Origin: Eledone cirrhosa
Lineage: Eukaryota
Reading direction: 5' to 3'
Length of the DNA stretch: 64,000 bases
NCBI GenBank assembly: GCA_964016885.1
Contig: OZ024743.1
Location: forward strand, 179,986,001 to 180,050,000
The notes below the pieces were generated by a model. The model was not told the DNA's origin. It was given only the letters and a program-made list of their open reading frames with translations, and did not search any database. Positions 42,201-56,731 of this stretch are shown here, one piece after another (the first letter of the stretch is position 1; every line of letters begins with the position of its first letter). The translations under genes and the position numbers were made by a program.

Positions 42201-43480
42201 TGTCAGCATACAACAAATACATTGCCCACAATACTTATGCTGTGCCAATTCTAACGCCAACATTTGGCCTGCTGAACTGGACATTGCAAGAACTAAGTGA
42301 GATGGATGTTAGAACTCGAAAACTTCTCAGTGTTACTGGGAACTTTAACATCAATGGTGATGTGGATAGGCTATACTTCTCACGCAAGGAAGGTGGCCGG
42401 GGTCTAAAATCAATATTAACAACATATGAGACCCGGATAGTAACACTGAAGCAACACCTTCAACAGAGGAAAAAGGTTGGCAACCATCTTGCCCAGGTTT
42501 ATGAGCATGAACAAAAAATATCATTAGAATAGCGACTGATCTGGAGGAGAGATATGGAATAAAGCCTGATATAAATCTCTCACCCAGAGAAATCGGAAGA
42601 TCCTATTCAATGTTCAAACAAGATAAAAAAATTGACCAATTTACAGAAAAAGTTGTGCATGGATACTTGAGGCGTAAAACACAGACCATAGAGGGGATAA
42701 ACCACTCAAAAAGCCTGGCATGGAGTTCCGACAAGTTTATGACATCACACCTTGAGGGATATCTCTATGCAATACAGGAACAAGAACTCCCTACCAAATA
42801 TCAGCTGCACAAAAGAGGAGGGCCAGCAGCTGACAATAAATGTAGGCTATGTAAAATAAAGATCGAGGATGTAAGCCACATTGTTGCCAGCTGCGAAAGA
42901 ATGTCATCTTGCTACTACCTCCCCATGAGACACGATGGGATAGCTAGAACCATCTGGAATGCACTTCGGAAAACAAAATTAACAACAACCGAGGAAGAAT
43001 ATATTGAGACAGATGGCACTAAGGAATACTGGTGGAACCTGAAAATAAAAACTGCCACCAAATTAAAGCACAACCGGTCTGATATTGTTGTTTGGGACCA
43101 CACATTGAAAACGTGTTCTGTTGTGGAGATCAGCTGAGATCAGAAAAATACAGGAGAAGGAGGACATCTACGGACCATTGATGAGGAGTTTACAAATCCA
43201 GTATCCAAGATACACCTTTAGCTTTATACCCATCATTATTGGAGCTACGGGTTATATACGAACCTGCTTGGACCAAAGTACTACTAAACTTGGATTTGCG
43301 GACAAAAAGCGCAGCTCCCTAATTCATAGTATACAAATGACTGCGATAGCTGGCACCTTCAAAATTTGCAAAACATTCTTGCGATTCAAAGGATGACAAT
43401 TTCTTTTCTTTTACAACCTTGCCACCAGGAAGGTGGCCGGTCAAAAAAAAATATACTCGAAATTAAGAGAAAGAGATGAC
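39265..43480 (+). mobile_element. R4/Dong retrotransposon family B, near full length
   Basis: Single interrupted ORF 39906-43396 (KSPGPD, YRPIAC, YQKAFDNVPH, GIFQGDSLS, FVDDLKLY, CRLC..H...C, RHD, NRSDIVVWD..EIS). (CATA)n on both sides. The 5' boundary is approximate. Confidence 0.9.
39906..43396 (+). pseudogene. R4-clade RT plus restriction-like endonuclease ORF with several stops and frameshifts
   Basis: Consecutive ORF pieces starting at 39906, 40673, 41171, 41657, 42610 and 43121. Confidence 0.9.
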
Positions 43481-43564
43481 ATACATACATACATACATAC
43501 ATACATACATACATACATACATACATACATACATACATACATACATGCATACATACAATCATAC

Positions 43565-43856
43565 ATTACAATTACAATCCATTAATGGACCAGTAAAAAT
43601 ATGTAAAACATTCCAAAAATGTGCATCTAATAACTGCATATACACATGTACAGATACAAAGCATATACACATGCACACATACAACTCAAAACATCCACAT
43701 CCACACATACAATAACATCCATATCTACACATGCATGCATACATAAGCTACCTAGTTGATGTTGTGTAAATTCCAATGAGAATGTCTTGTGTCTATGTTA
43801 AAAACCAACCCTCTCTCTATTGAGAAAAAATTTGTGAAATTATAAAACCAGAAGAA
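43565..43856 (+). mobile_element. R4/Dong family A 3' end
   Basis: Aligns with 37845-38136 (KICKTF, ...AAAACCAGAAGAA-CATA). Confidence 0.85.
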
Positions 43857-46390
43857 CATACATATGTGACTTGTTTTAAAGATCACATTGGCAATGTTAT
43901 ATCAACAATGTTTCAAGTTCAATGTGTTTCAACAATCATCAAATAGAAGGAACACATCCATCTAATGTGAATCTATTGAGTAAATAAAGCCAAGAGTTTG
44001 TACACGTGTTAGGACACAGAACATTTAAATAATAAATCCAGGAATTCATTAGGAACTGATGACAATTTTATTCATCTCACGCACGTTTCAACAACTGAAA
44101 TGTGAAGAATCTTGCTAACGGAATATTTTCAATGAAGCTCCATTACAGAATATTGAACTAAATCCATATTCTAAAATCCTAGAAGAAAAACAAACGAAAA
44201 AAGAGGTACATTATATTTTCTACATCTTATTTGTATTTTCATACACATGTACATGTATGTATGTGTATGTATGTGTATGCAAGTGTATGTATGTTTATGT
44301 ATGTGTATGCAAGTGCATGTATGTGTAGGTATGTGTATATATGTGTATGTCTATGCAGGTGTATGTACGTATATGTATGTATATATAGTGTATGCACGTG
44401 TATGTACGCGTATGTATGTGTATGAATATATACGCATGTGTTTGTATGTATGCATGTGTATATGTATGTATTTGAATGCATGTTTATGAATGTGTATGTC
44501 TGTCTATGTATGTGTACGTACGTGTATGCATCTCTATGCATGTGCATGTATGTATATATGTCTACGTATGTGTATGCATATGTTTGTGTATGCATATGTA
44601 TCCATAAGTGTATGTACGTGTATGCATGTGCATGCAAGTGTATGCATGTGTATGAATGTGTATGTATGTGTATGTATGTCTATGCATGTGTATGTACGTG
44701 TATGTATGTGTATGTACGTGTATGCATGTGTAAGCATGTATACGTAGACATGACCATATATAGATAGTGTTATTTTAAGGATGTTATTATTGTGGGTGTT
44801 GTATGATTGTATAGTGTGATTCAAGTAAGATTTGGCTGCTATGTCTAAACATTTCACCGACTACATATAGGATCATTGGATTGTTGTCTCCTTCTGTATT
44901 GATATTAAAGAACTGATGGCGGCGAAGACGAAATAATATTGGGGCTGGAGATAAGGATGATGCTTTTATGTTCATTATAACGATATGTTTTATAGTATTG
45001 GTGAGCATGGGCACGAGCTAATGAATGTTTTTCAACCACTTGTCTCTATAATGACTTATTGCGAAACAAGGAAAAGAAAGACGCACAAAGGGAATAAAAC
45101 AGAAATAAAAAGATGGAACAAAAGTCAATGACAATAGCAACGTATCCACTAGATACATAAATTATTCATATAACGTCTTAGTAAACATAGTAATTTCTCT
45201 GACTTCATGTCACTTTTGATGAACATCATAAATTTTGAACAGAGAATCAAACACCACCTGCTACCATACAATGAAAACTTGTTGAAATCCAAGCAACGCC
45301 CAGTCTCTTATTCTTGTGTATATTTTGCGAAGAGAATTGTAGTAATGCAACAGTTTGTTACAGTATATAGATATATTCTCAGAAATTCGTCAGTGCGTAA
45401 TATTATTAATCATAATTCCATGCAAAGAGGTAAACCCGTCTGCTTAGAATTTTAAAAATTGAAAAATATAAAAATGAAACCAACGAACACATTTGAGTAC
45501 CTATCATACATACAGGAATCGTTATTAAAACAAAGTAATATTTTATTCGTTAATAAATCATACTTTATCATAAAGGCTTAGAAATGAAAAATTAAATTAA
45601 AACAAAAAGTTACTTTGATGTCTTCATATAAGCCATCGCACTTTTTTATGTTAATAGTCTTAGGTAAATCTTTACATTTTAGAAGCGTTTCCATGTCAGT
45701 TACACGTCGTATTAGATATTATCGTATTGAAAGCTGAGAAGGAGTAAAGACATTTCTAATCTAGATGCCAATGTTGGTTTAATATGCACTGTGCATGCGC
45801 ATTGCACATCTGTTGGCATTCTAGATAAAAGGATAAAGTTTGATTTATTTCAATCACTAGTGGGAAAAGGTAAATTTAAAACGGTGACTTCTGTTGGCGA
45901 TGAGAACTTCTTTTCAGTACTGGAAGCTTTAATATCACTTAGTTGTAATTATATTATCTAGCTGAATACTGTATCCCAGATCCTTACACTTATGTAAACT
46001 TTGTAGTTTGAGAGTACAGCACTTCGTCAACAAATTAAACTGTGTGGGCATGAAGAAATAAAGTGCTATGATTTAAATTCCAAATATATTAAACAGTGTT
46101 TTAATATTTCTGTAGATATTAGAGGCAGGTCTAAAGTGGGATTTAAAACTGTAAAGACGTTGCTGACATTTCTGCCGTAGCCAGAACTATTAATCATATA
46201 TTCATTCTCATATATAGCCATTGTAAATTCCTTAGCCTTGTCTATAAATGGGTCCTCCTCTATTTTCTGTTAGGTAACACGGATTAAAATGATCATAGTG
46301 AATTCAAATAAAACAATAAAAAAGAAGTAAATACTCATGAAGTTAAGAATTATTGGACACACTACTTGTAAATAATTATGTAAGACAGAA

Positions 46391-46460
46391 CTGCTTCATT
46401 CGGGTGAGTCCATACCAATGAAACAGTTCTAGTCCTATAGAAGCATTTTCTATATTAAAT
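46391..46460 (+). mobile_element. Degenerate solo pLTR/HHR remnant
   Basis: TGCTTC...AATGAAACAGTTCTAGTCCTATAGAAGCA matches the 10000 HHR, but the CTGATGA box is lost. Confidence 0.6.
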
Positions 46461-46944
46461 CTTCATTATACACGGGTGAAAGAAAATACAGGAGGATCAG
46501 TTAATTATAAATGTGTTCAATATATTACCCTCTCTGATTCACACACTTATTGCCGTGGTCTTTCACTTTATCTAAGCCCTGTAAAAAGAACTCGGAAGGT
46601 TGGGCCTCCAAGCAAGCCACTGTAGCAGCTTAAAGCCATGAAACTTTCAACACACCATCATATATGTATATATATATTTATAAAAATATATATATGTATA
46701 TATCTACACATGTATTTATATATATGTTTGTATGTGTGTCTGGGTGCGTGTGTGTCGGTGCGGGGTTTTGTGTCTGTGCTTATATTTGCATCTGTATGTA
46801 TATATTGTATATATTGTATATATTGTATATATTGTATATATGTATATATGTATATATTGTATATATTGTATATATTGTATATATTCATTCATAAAGACAG
46901 ATATGAAAAGATAAATCAGCATTCTTTAAAAATGTTCTTTACCC

Positions 46945-46986
<42 letters not shown>

Positions 46987-47029
46987 ATCATACACATATA
47001 TACACATATATATATATATAAATACACAT

Positions 47030-47074
<45 letters not shown>

Positions 47075-47112
47075 TGTGTATGTATATATACATATACCTA
47101 TACATATATAGG

Positions 47113-47235
<123 letters not shown>

Positions 47236-47757
47236 AGGGAGAGAGATGGATATATATAAATTATCCAATAAGCTATATCTGTCGTTATCCCACCCTTTCC
47301 TCACGTTTTTGTTATTGAAAAACCTCAGTATACTTTGATATATATCTATTTTAAGTTGCTCGGCCAACGAAAAACATTTCGGTACAACTGAAAAATGACA
47401 TTACTCTTTCTCTCATTTATTATTTTCGTTTCAAAATTGTTTTGCTTCTGCTGATATGTATATACTATGTTATTTTATATAAATAGAAAGATATCATTGA
47501 TTTTATCACACATATTTTTGTTAGTTTCTTATGTTTCTATACACAGTGCTATACGGACGTTGGTGGTAAGAAAGTATGGAATGGAATATAAGCAAATATA
47601 AAAATCAAATCTTAATAGGATTTCATTTATCAATACGACTAAGCTACATTTCAAAACCGATACTTTTTATCTTAGCATCCAATTGAAAAGACACTCCTTC
47701 TTTGCTATCATCATCAACATCTTCACCATCAATATTATTATTGCTGCTCTTGTTACC

Positions 47758-47814
<57 letters not shown>

Positions 47815-47896
47815 AAATAATATAAAACAAAAAATAAAAATAAATAATTATAATAATCATTATCGTTAATGTTATTATTATAATTAATCTTCTCAC

Positions 47897-47934
<38 letters not shown>

Positions 47935-48307
47935 CCATCAGCATCATCATCAACATCATCATTATCAGCATTTGCATCATCAGCACCACCACCACCCATA
48001 ATAAAAACAATATTATCAACTTCTTGTGAAGTGAGACATATCTAAATATAGCAGAACTTAAAAATAAAAATTCACCCAAGCGCAACATTTTTCAAACTAT
48101 TTCAAATCATGTAGAACTTTATACGCACAATGAAATCAATTCTTGTCATATATATACTTGAGATATTTTTTTATTATTAATATATAGCTATTTTTAAGTT
48201 CAGTTGCGTAGATACATGTATATATAGATAGATAGATATAAAGAGAGAGACAGAGAGAGACAGAAAGAGACATACATACTCACCTACATATATACATACA
48301 TATAAAC

Positions 48308-48402
<95 letters not shown>

Positions 48403-48533
48403 AGAGCTTCGATGATGCTGTACTAAATTTTGTATAAATATATGTATATATATATATATATATATATACTTACATACGCATGTTTTAATGCACAGGGTGT
48501 CAATACTAGCATATATATATATATGTATGTATG

Positions 48534-48578
<45 letters not shown>

Positions 48579-48781
48579 ATATGTATGTGTATATATATAT
48601 ATATATATGTATGTGTATATATATGTATATATATATATATATATGCATATATATATATATATATATATATCCGTGTGTCGATATACATTACTCTGTTACT
48701 GGTTTACGTCCTTTAACTATGATGGGGTACCAAGTTTACAGTGGTAATCGATCAAATCGAAGCAGTACTGGAATGACATAG

Positions 48782-49786
48782 ATGTCAACTTAGAGAATGC
48801 GACGGTACTGAAATATGCAGATGACATCAAGCTGTACCTTGAAATCAAAAGGACTGATCCTGAAATCTACAACTCTTTCCTACAATCAGACCTGGACACA
48901 ATGCAGCAATGGATCACAGACTGGCAACTGAAGCTGGCTGTGGACAAGTGTACCACCATGCATTTTGGGAGGAAAAATCCAGCGTCCACATACTCCCTCC
49001 ACAACACTGATATCAAGAAGTCCTCTTGTGAACGTGACAGGGGCATTACTGTCAGCAACGATTTACGTTGGACAAAGCATGTCTCTAAGATTGTTAAGAA
49101 AGCCAAGGGTGTCTTGACATCACTCAGCAAGATCTTTGTTAGCCGCTCTCCAGCCATCTATTTAAAGCTGTATACAGCTAAGGTACGACCACACTTGGAA
49201 TTCGCATCATCAGTCTGGAACCCCTATCTTGTTCAGAACATTGGCCTCCTGGAAACTGTTCAGAGACGTGCAACCAAGCGCATACCCTCCACCAGACACC
49301 TACCATACTCTGAACGCCTTGCTTCCCTGGGCATGTGTTCATTGAACCTCCGACGTCTGGCAATGGACTTGGTAAACACCCACAAAGTTATTAACCATCT
49401 CGCCAACAACAAACCTGAGCACATTTTTGATCTCCATGTGCCTAACACACGTGGACATGCCTACAAAATTAGAAAACAGCACACCTCCCATGACTTTCGT
49501 AAACATTTTTTCACGCTCAGAGTTGCTGAAGCATGGAACAAACTACCTGCGTCAGTTGTTAGCTGCTGAGACACTGCATCCTTTAAAACCCTCATGCTTC
49601 CCGAAATAAGCCAAAACTACACCTCATGTACCCCTTCCATACACATGCACACATGTGTATATCATGACTCATGCACTGTTCATTTTCCTGACGTTTGTAC
49701 ATTTCCCTATGTACTATACATACACTTTTTGATGAGTTGTAGTGCACCTGAGCACTGTACACAATATTTCATTATTATTATTATTT
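48782..49786 (+). mobile_element. CR1-clade LINE 3' fragment
   Basis: KYADDIKLY, LQSDLD, VRPHLEFASSVWNPY, LETVQRRATK, TRGH, WNKLP. (ATT)n tail. Confidence 0.9.
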
Positions 49787-50121
49787 ATCGAGAACAAAAG
49801 CATGAAAAGCAAAGAAGACCTCAACGGAGTTCGACCTCTTGTAACAATGAGCCGGAACGAGTAACCCAATCCATTTGATAAAGCCTTATAACAAATACAA
49901 ATTTGGGGCCACCACACTTACACACTCAAATATACACGCATAGACACATAGACAAACACATATATATATATATATAGACACTTGTATATATATGTATATA
50001 TATATATATGTATATATATATGTATATATATATATATATATATGAGTGTGTGTGCGCATATATGTGTTATATACTTGCATCTTAACACTTATATGTATAT
50101 ATATATGTATATATATGTATA

Positions 50122-50237
<116 letters not shown>

Positions 50238-50504
50238 AACGGTAAAAATGAAACGAGATTTCATTTCCCACTCTTAAGCTTGAAACTAGTACAGCGTTCC
50301 TTTGTCAGTGTTGAACAAACGAGCAACGATGGTTGCTGCACACTACGGCTTAATACGGGATGTTTGTTTACAAACACACCGAGCATTATAATAAATGTTC
50401 AGTGAATCCATACGTACATATATATATGTGTGCATGTATATATATATATATATATATACATACTACTGTACGTCTGTATACATATATGTATGTACGTGTA
50501 CATA

Positions 50505-50603
<99 letters not shown>

Positions 50604-50666
50604 TAAATATATATATTTATCCTTATCGATTCCACTTTGGATTTTAGTCTTCAAATTTATTGTTAT

Positions 50667-50767
<101 letters not shown>

Positions 50768-50852
50768 AACGCATTAATTTTAAATGTACGGGATTTAAAA
50801 CTCTCCGACACTAATTTGCATAATAGACCAATAATAAATTAGTAACCTCACT

Positions 50853-51124
50853 ATCCGGGAGCTTCCAACAGACATGGTCGCATTGTTTTAAGGGTATGTC
50901 AATATTTGTTTATAAAACTGATCTATATTGTATTTTATCTGATAAAAGCGCACCATAATTTGCTTTGGTGTCCTTTAAATATGTATAATGAAATTAATAT
51001 AGTTTTATAAATATAGTTTCCATTTGTTAATATATTGTATTTTTACTCCAAAAATTTGTTGAGTGCTTCATATCAGTTATAAAAATATTTGCTTGTTGTA
51101 TCCCAACAAATTCAATATAACTTC

Positions 51125-51127
<3 letters not shown>
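50853..51127 (+). mobile_element. Dispersed ~270-bp repeat with degenerate HHR, copy 2
   Basis: Nearly identical to the reverse complement of 60429-60701, with the same termini. Confidence 0.8.
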
Positions 51128-51210
<83 letters not shown>

Positions 51211-51348
51211 TATAAGAAGGGGTAACCAATTATCCTTATTATCTTATTGCGCTCTATAGTACACTCTGTCTACACCTCGACACTGAAGTGAGCCTAAACA
51301 TCAAGTGCTCACGCGGGTGAACCTACAGTAACTCCACGTTACACTCCC

Positions 51349-51399
<51 letters not shown>

Positions 51400-51468
51400 A
51401 AAAAGAGATGAAATCGAAAATGCAACTGGCGTCTTATTTTTTAAAAAAATATATATATTTATTTGGTT

Positions 51469-51506
51469 CCTTTACCGGTTTCGCAGTTCTTCTGCTTTTC
51501 AAAAGG
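51469..51506 (-). ncRNA. Minimal type I hammerhead, U3-A8 variant
   Basis: CCTT-TTGAAAA-GCAGaagaaCTGC-GAAA-CCGG-TA-AAGG. Confidence 0.8.
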
Positions 51507-52371
51507 TGAGTTGAGATGGAGGGTCTGTGGTTTTTCTCACATCTGGTTGGTCTCTGAATGTTACTTGTTTTATATGGAAAAAGTGGCTCGAAATGCCAGG
51601 TTTTTCGAGAAGTAATTTGATTGGTTTATCAATAATTATAATAAATTTCGCGCCAGTTCGCGTTACAATAGTTCTTCAAATAAGAGGAGGGGGGGGGGGG
51701 CTGTTGTCTCAGATTGTTTTTTCATTTATGAGTGTTTGAATTTCTTTTTACTTGAAAAAAGGGGCTCCCGAAGGCTTTTTTTGGATTGGTTATAAATGAA
51801 ATTATGGCTGTCACGTGAACAAGTTTTCATGAAATTTTCGTGCCCTTATTTGGAAATCCATTCTGTAGCCTTTTTAGAGAATTTTATGATAAGTGAAAGA
51901 TAATGGTCAAGAGAAAGGGATGGGAGAATTGTTCTGGTTCAGTGAATATGGTTAGTTCGCTGGGGTGTCAGAATTCAGATTTTCTATTGAATAAAGAAAG
52001 TAAAGATATGTATGTTTATTTGTGTGCTTGTGTGTGTGTGCGTGTGTGTGTGTATGTGTGTCGTGTGTGTGTGTTTGCATTTCTTTACTTAAAAAAAGGT
52101 GGCTCACGAATGCTTTTTTTTAATAAACGTGATTTGATCGGTTATAAATGAAATTTAGTTGTCACGTGAGCAAGTTTTCATTACATTTTCGCGCCCTTAT
52201 TTGGAAATCTATTCTGTAGCCTTTATAGAGAATGTTATGACAAGGGAAAGATAGTGGTCAAGAGAAATAGGATAGGAGAATTGTTCTGGTTCAGTGAATA
52301 TGGTTAGTTCGCTGGGGTGTCAGAGTTCAGATTTTCTATTGAAGTAAAGATATGTATGTTTATTTGTGTGC

Positions 52372-52421
<50 letters not shown>

Positions 52422-52900
52422 TGGAAGATGATTCTATTAGTAGAAGTGGGGGAGGGAGTTGTGTGTGTGTGTATATGGGTGTTATGTGTGTGTGTGCGAG
52501 TATGTTAAGATGGAGAGAATATATATTTTGAGTGTGTGTATATATGTGTGTAGGAAAGTGGTTCTATTAGTAGAAATGGGGGAGGGAGTTGTGGGTGTGG
52601 GGGTTGTTATGTGTGTGTATGGGTGTTATGTGTGTGGGAGTATGGTTAGCATGTTAGGATGAAGAGAATATATATATATATATATTGTGTGTGTGTGTGT
52701 GTGTGTGTGTAGGAAAATGATTCCTTTAGTAGGAATATTTTTGAATGAACATATTTTCCTTACTTATTCGTATTTGTTCTGTTGTATTGTCAGTGCAAAC
52801 GTATGTTAAGGTTTATTTAGTTCGCGTTTTTATTTTCTAAAGTAGAAGGTGTTATGTGTGTGTGTGTGTATGTCATATTATGGTGTTGACATAATGTATA

Positions 52901-55900
52901 TTAAACCATATTTAATGCTGGTCTATATTTTTGAATAAACATATTTTCCTTATTTATTCGTATTTGTTCTGTTGTATTGTTAGCGCAAAGGTAAAATCGG
53001 AAGACTTGGAATTTGGGTGTCTTATTACTTGCGCAAATGTCTAGATGTGCACTTAGTGGTATTTGTCTCGTGGTTGGATCTCGTAATTGTTGGCGATGAA
53101 CTGTCATTCTGTTTCTGAGTGTGAGTTTAGTTTGTCCTATATAATCTTCATTGCATCCTTTACATTTAATGGCATAAAGTAGATTTTTTGATGAGCAAGT
53201 GAAGTGATGATTTTTTACAATAACATTTTGTCCTGATTTAAATGTATACGTGTTGCCTTCAATGAGGTGAGTGCAGGTTCCACAATTAGAGCGACCACAT
53301 TTTTTGATACTTGGTTGTGTGTTTGTGGTAGGTAATTTGGCATTCGTGAGTAATGTTTTCAGTGATTTTGGTTGTCTTTTGCTTTTGATTATTTTGTGTG
53401 TTTCAAGGGCTTTTTTCATTCTTGGGTTTTGTTTTAGTAGTGGGATGTTCTTGTGAATAGCGTTGTAAGCTTCCGCATTTATTGGGTTGTGTGTTGAGAT
53501 ATATGATAGAATATTGGACGTACCTTGAATTTGTTTCTGTTTCCGTAATTCATCAATGCCTATTGCTTTAGCCCTTTCTATTCCATTATTTATTAGTAAT
53601 AGTGGGTACTCTCTCTCGAGTAGAATTTCCTTTAATTCTTGAAGTCTTTTATTTCGCGTTTCATAATTGGAGACAATTGTGCAAATTCTTCTTGCTAGGT
53701 TAAAAGGAATGTTCGTCTTCGTGTGCTTTGGATGGTTGGAGGTGAATAGCAGATATTGTTTGGAATCTGTTGGTTTGTAGCGTATGTCAGTTTCGATATT
53801 TATGTCTTTTTTTAAGATTAAGATGTCCAGAAATGGGAGTTGATCTTGGCTGTATTCCATTGTGAATTGGATGTGGTTATTGATGCCGTTTATTAAGTTT
53901 TTGAAATCCTTCAGTTGGTCGAGTGTGCGGGACCAAAGAATGAGACAATCATCCAAGTAGCGTTTCCAATTCTCTGATAAATATTTGTGGAAGTTCAATC
54001 CGTATTTTGATTTGGACTGTTCATATATCTGGACTTCTAAGTATGCCATGACTAAGTTGGCATAAGTTGGAGCGGCTTTTGTACCCATCGCAGTCCCCGA
54101 TATTTGCTTGTAAGTACTGCCATCGAAATCAAAAAAGTTTTTCTGTAAGATGAATTTTAATCCCTCGGTGATGAAGCTTTTTTCTATTCTTCTCAGGTAT
54201 CTCATTGGGATATTTCTCTAGCCAGAATCCTATTGCTTCTAGTCCGTATTGGTGTGGGATCGTTGTGTACAGATTCTCTACATCGAAAGACACAATAATA
54301 GTGTCGTTGTTGACATGTTTGGGGAGGTGGTTTAAGAGGTCCAGATCGTCTCTTACAAGGCTTGGTATGTGTTTCAGAATTGGTTTCAGTAGTATGTCTA
54401 TAAAGTTGCTCAGTCTGTGTGTTTCACATTGTGGGCCCGCTACAATTGGTCTTAATTTAAGGTCTGTGGTGTATCGTGTGTTCACGCAGGCTGAGGTGGA
54501 TTGTTTACAGGCATCGTTGATTATTTTACATTTGTGGATCTTCGGAAGTCCGTAGAGTTTGCTGGTTTTGTATTCAAAATGTTTTAAATAATCGCGTTCC
54601 TTTTTAGTTAGGTCTTCTGGCATCCATACATCAGTGTGTTTAATCTGGTCATTATTTTTGATTGCTGGTAGTTTTTTACTCTTTCATAGTAATTAGTATT
54701 TTGTAAGAGAGAGAACATAGAATTTTTATATTTTTCAGCCTCCATAATGACAACAGTACTTCCCTTGTCCGCTTCCTTAATTATAATGTCCGTATTGTTT
54801 ATTAGTTCATGGGTAATCTCCCATTCCCTTCGACTCGTGTTTGGTTTGGGTTTAGGTTGCGGTAGTTCATGGTATGGGAAGGTAGTTATGTGTTCACAAA
54901 ATTTGTCCAGAACTCTGTTTCTACCTTTTGTTGGGTTGTAGCTGCTTTTATTCCGTACAATTGATTCATCGTTATTCTCCTTGTAAAGAATTCCTCTGTG
55001 AGACGTAATTTTCTACAGAAGTGTGAGATATCGTCATTTATCTCATTGGGGTTAGAGTATTGTGGTGTTGGTGTGAATTTCAGTCCTTTGGAGAGAATTT
55101 TTACTTGTTGGGCTGAGAGGTTTGTATTTGAAAGGTTAATTATTTTCGGTTTTTCAAAATCGGTTTGTGCCACCGGGTGTCGTGAGTCCTGTAGCCTTGG
55201 TCTAAAAAATGATTTTTCTGGAATGTTTTTTCAATGGTATTATTATATCTAATGGTATTTCCCCTGTTGTAGTGTGGTCTTGTATAGGAGTTTCGGACGT
55301 ATTGAGGTTCGGTTTTTTGATAGTCCGGGTTGTAGATTTTGTTCCTTTGTGTGGGTTGGGATCTACGGTTTTGGAACAGGCTCTGTGTGGGCAGGGGTCT
55401 ACGGTTTTGGAATAGGCTTTGTGTGGGTTGTGATCTGCGGATCAGGTCCTGCCTTGTGTTCGGGGATCTTTGGTTTTGTTAGTAGGGTTATAGTTTTGTC
55501 TATGGTTTCTGGGATTATCGTTATAGTTTTGCTGGGGGTATGTTGGACGTTTTGTTACTTTTTTTGTTATTTGTTGTGCATGTGGTGTGTGAGTTTTAGT
55601 TTGTTTTAAAAATGGGTTACCTGTATGTTGTTCATTTTTGAAGTCCATTTCGTAGTTGTTGAACCAGTGGGCGTTTTTTTTCCCATCGCTGGAGGGATGT
55701 TAGTTCTTCATCCTCACAGTTTTCTTTCCAAAGTTTTAGGGTTTTTTTGTAGAGTAGGCCTTCAGAGTGCTTTGAGATTTCTGTGTCCATCTGTTGGTCG
55801 AGTGACTTGAATTTTTCTTCGTTGGAGTTGGCTCTTAATCGCAACAGTTCTATTTCTGTTTTAAATTTTTCCAACGCCATCTTTTCCCTAAGTCTTTGTT

Positions 55901-56329
55901 GGTTTTCTGGTTCATTCGGGGTGGGTTTTATTTGGAGTTTTTTGGGGAGGATGATTGGGGTAGAGTTTAGCCACTTTTCATATATATCTGCCTTGCCATT
56001 ATTTTTTAGGAGATTCCAAAGGGCGAATTTGCGGGCTGTGAGCTTTTGATTAGGGTGTTTTTCACTGAGTGGACATCTCGTAGATTGGGTTCTAACGGTT
56101 GTTCCAGCTTTTGGAGCATTGCTGTTTCAATGGTTTCGATTAGCTTAGTTAATACTGGAGTAATATTCGTCTCTTGGGTATTTTCTGTTTCTTCGTGGGG
56201 TCCTTTTTTATAGATGTGTATTTGGTCCACTTTGTTGGTCAAAATTGAGAGTTTAGAGGAAATCTCTTTGAGTTCATTTAAGATGTTCTGGTTCAGTGAG
56301 TTGTTGTTTTGTTGAGACTTTGGTGGCAT
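52901..56329 (-). pseudogene. Neptune RT plus GIY-YIG ORF, frameshifted
   Basis: ORF pieces 56006-56329, 55632-55880, 54886-55173, 54129-54623 and 52901-54205. Confidence 0.9.
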
Positions 56330-56556
56330 TTTCGGTCTTCGTGTGGTGGGTATATATTAGAAAATGAGGTTTTTTTTACAAATTGAAAAATAACCGAGGT
56401 GTCCTACACGAGTGAACGTATAAAGAAAAAGAGATGAAATCGAAAATGCAACTGGAGTCTTACAACACTATTCACAAGAACATCCCACTACTAAAACACA
56501 ACCCAAGAATGAAAAAGGCCCTTGAAACACAAAATAATCAAAAGCATCTCAACTCA

Positions 56557-56594
56557 CCTTTTGAAAAGCAGAAGAACTGCGAAACCGGTAAAGG
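56557..56594 (+). ncRNA. Minimal type I hammerhead, U3-A8 variant (inverted pLTR copy)
   Basis: Identical to the 51469-51506 motif, on the opposite strand. Confidence 0.8.
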
Positions 56595-56731
56595 AACCAA
56601 ATAAATATATATATATATTTTTTAAATAAGACTCCAGTGCATTTTCGATTTCATCTCTTTTTCTTTATACTTTCACTCGTGTAGGAAACCTCGGTTATTT
56701 TTCAATTTGTAAAAAAAACCTCACTTTCTAA

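Noticed and set aside
44065-44100. Minus-strand GAAA-CGTGCG-TG-AGATGAATAAA half hammerhead
   Set aside because: No upstream CUGANGA box was found.
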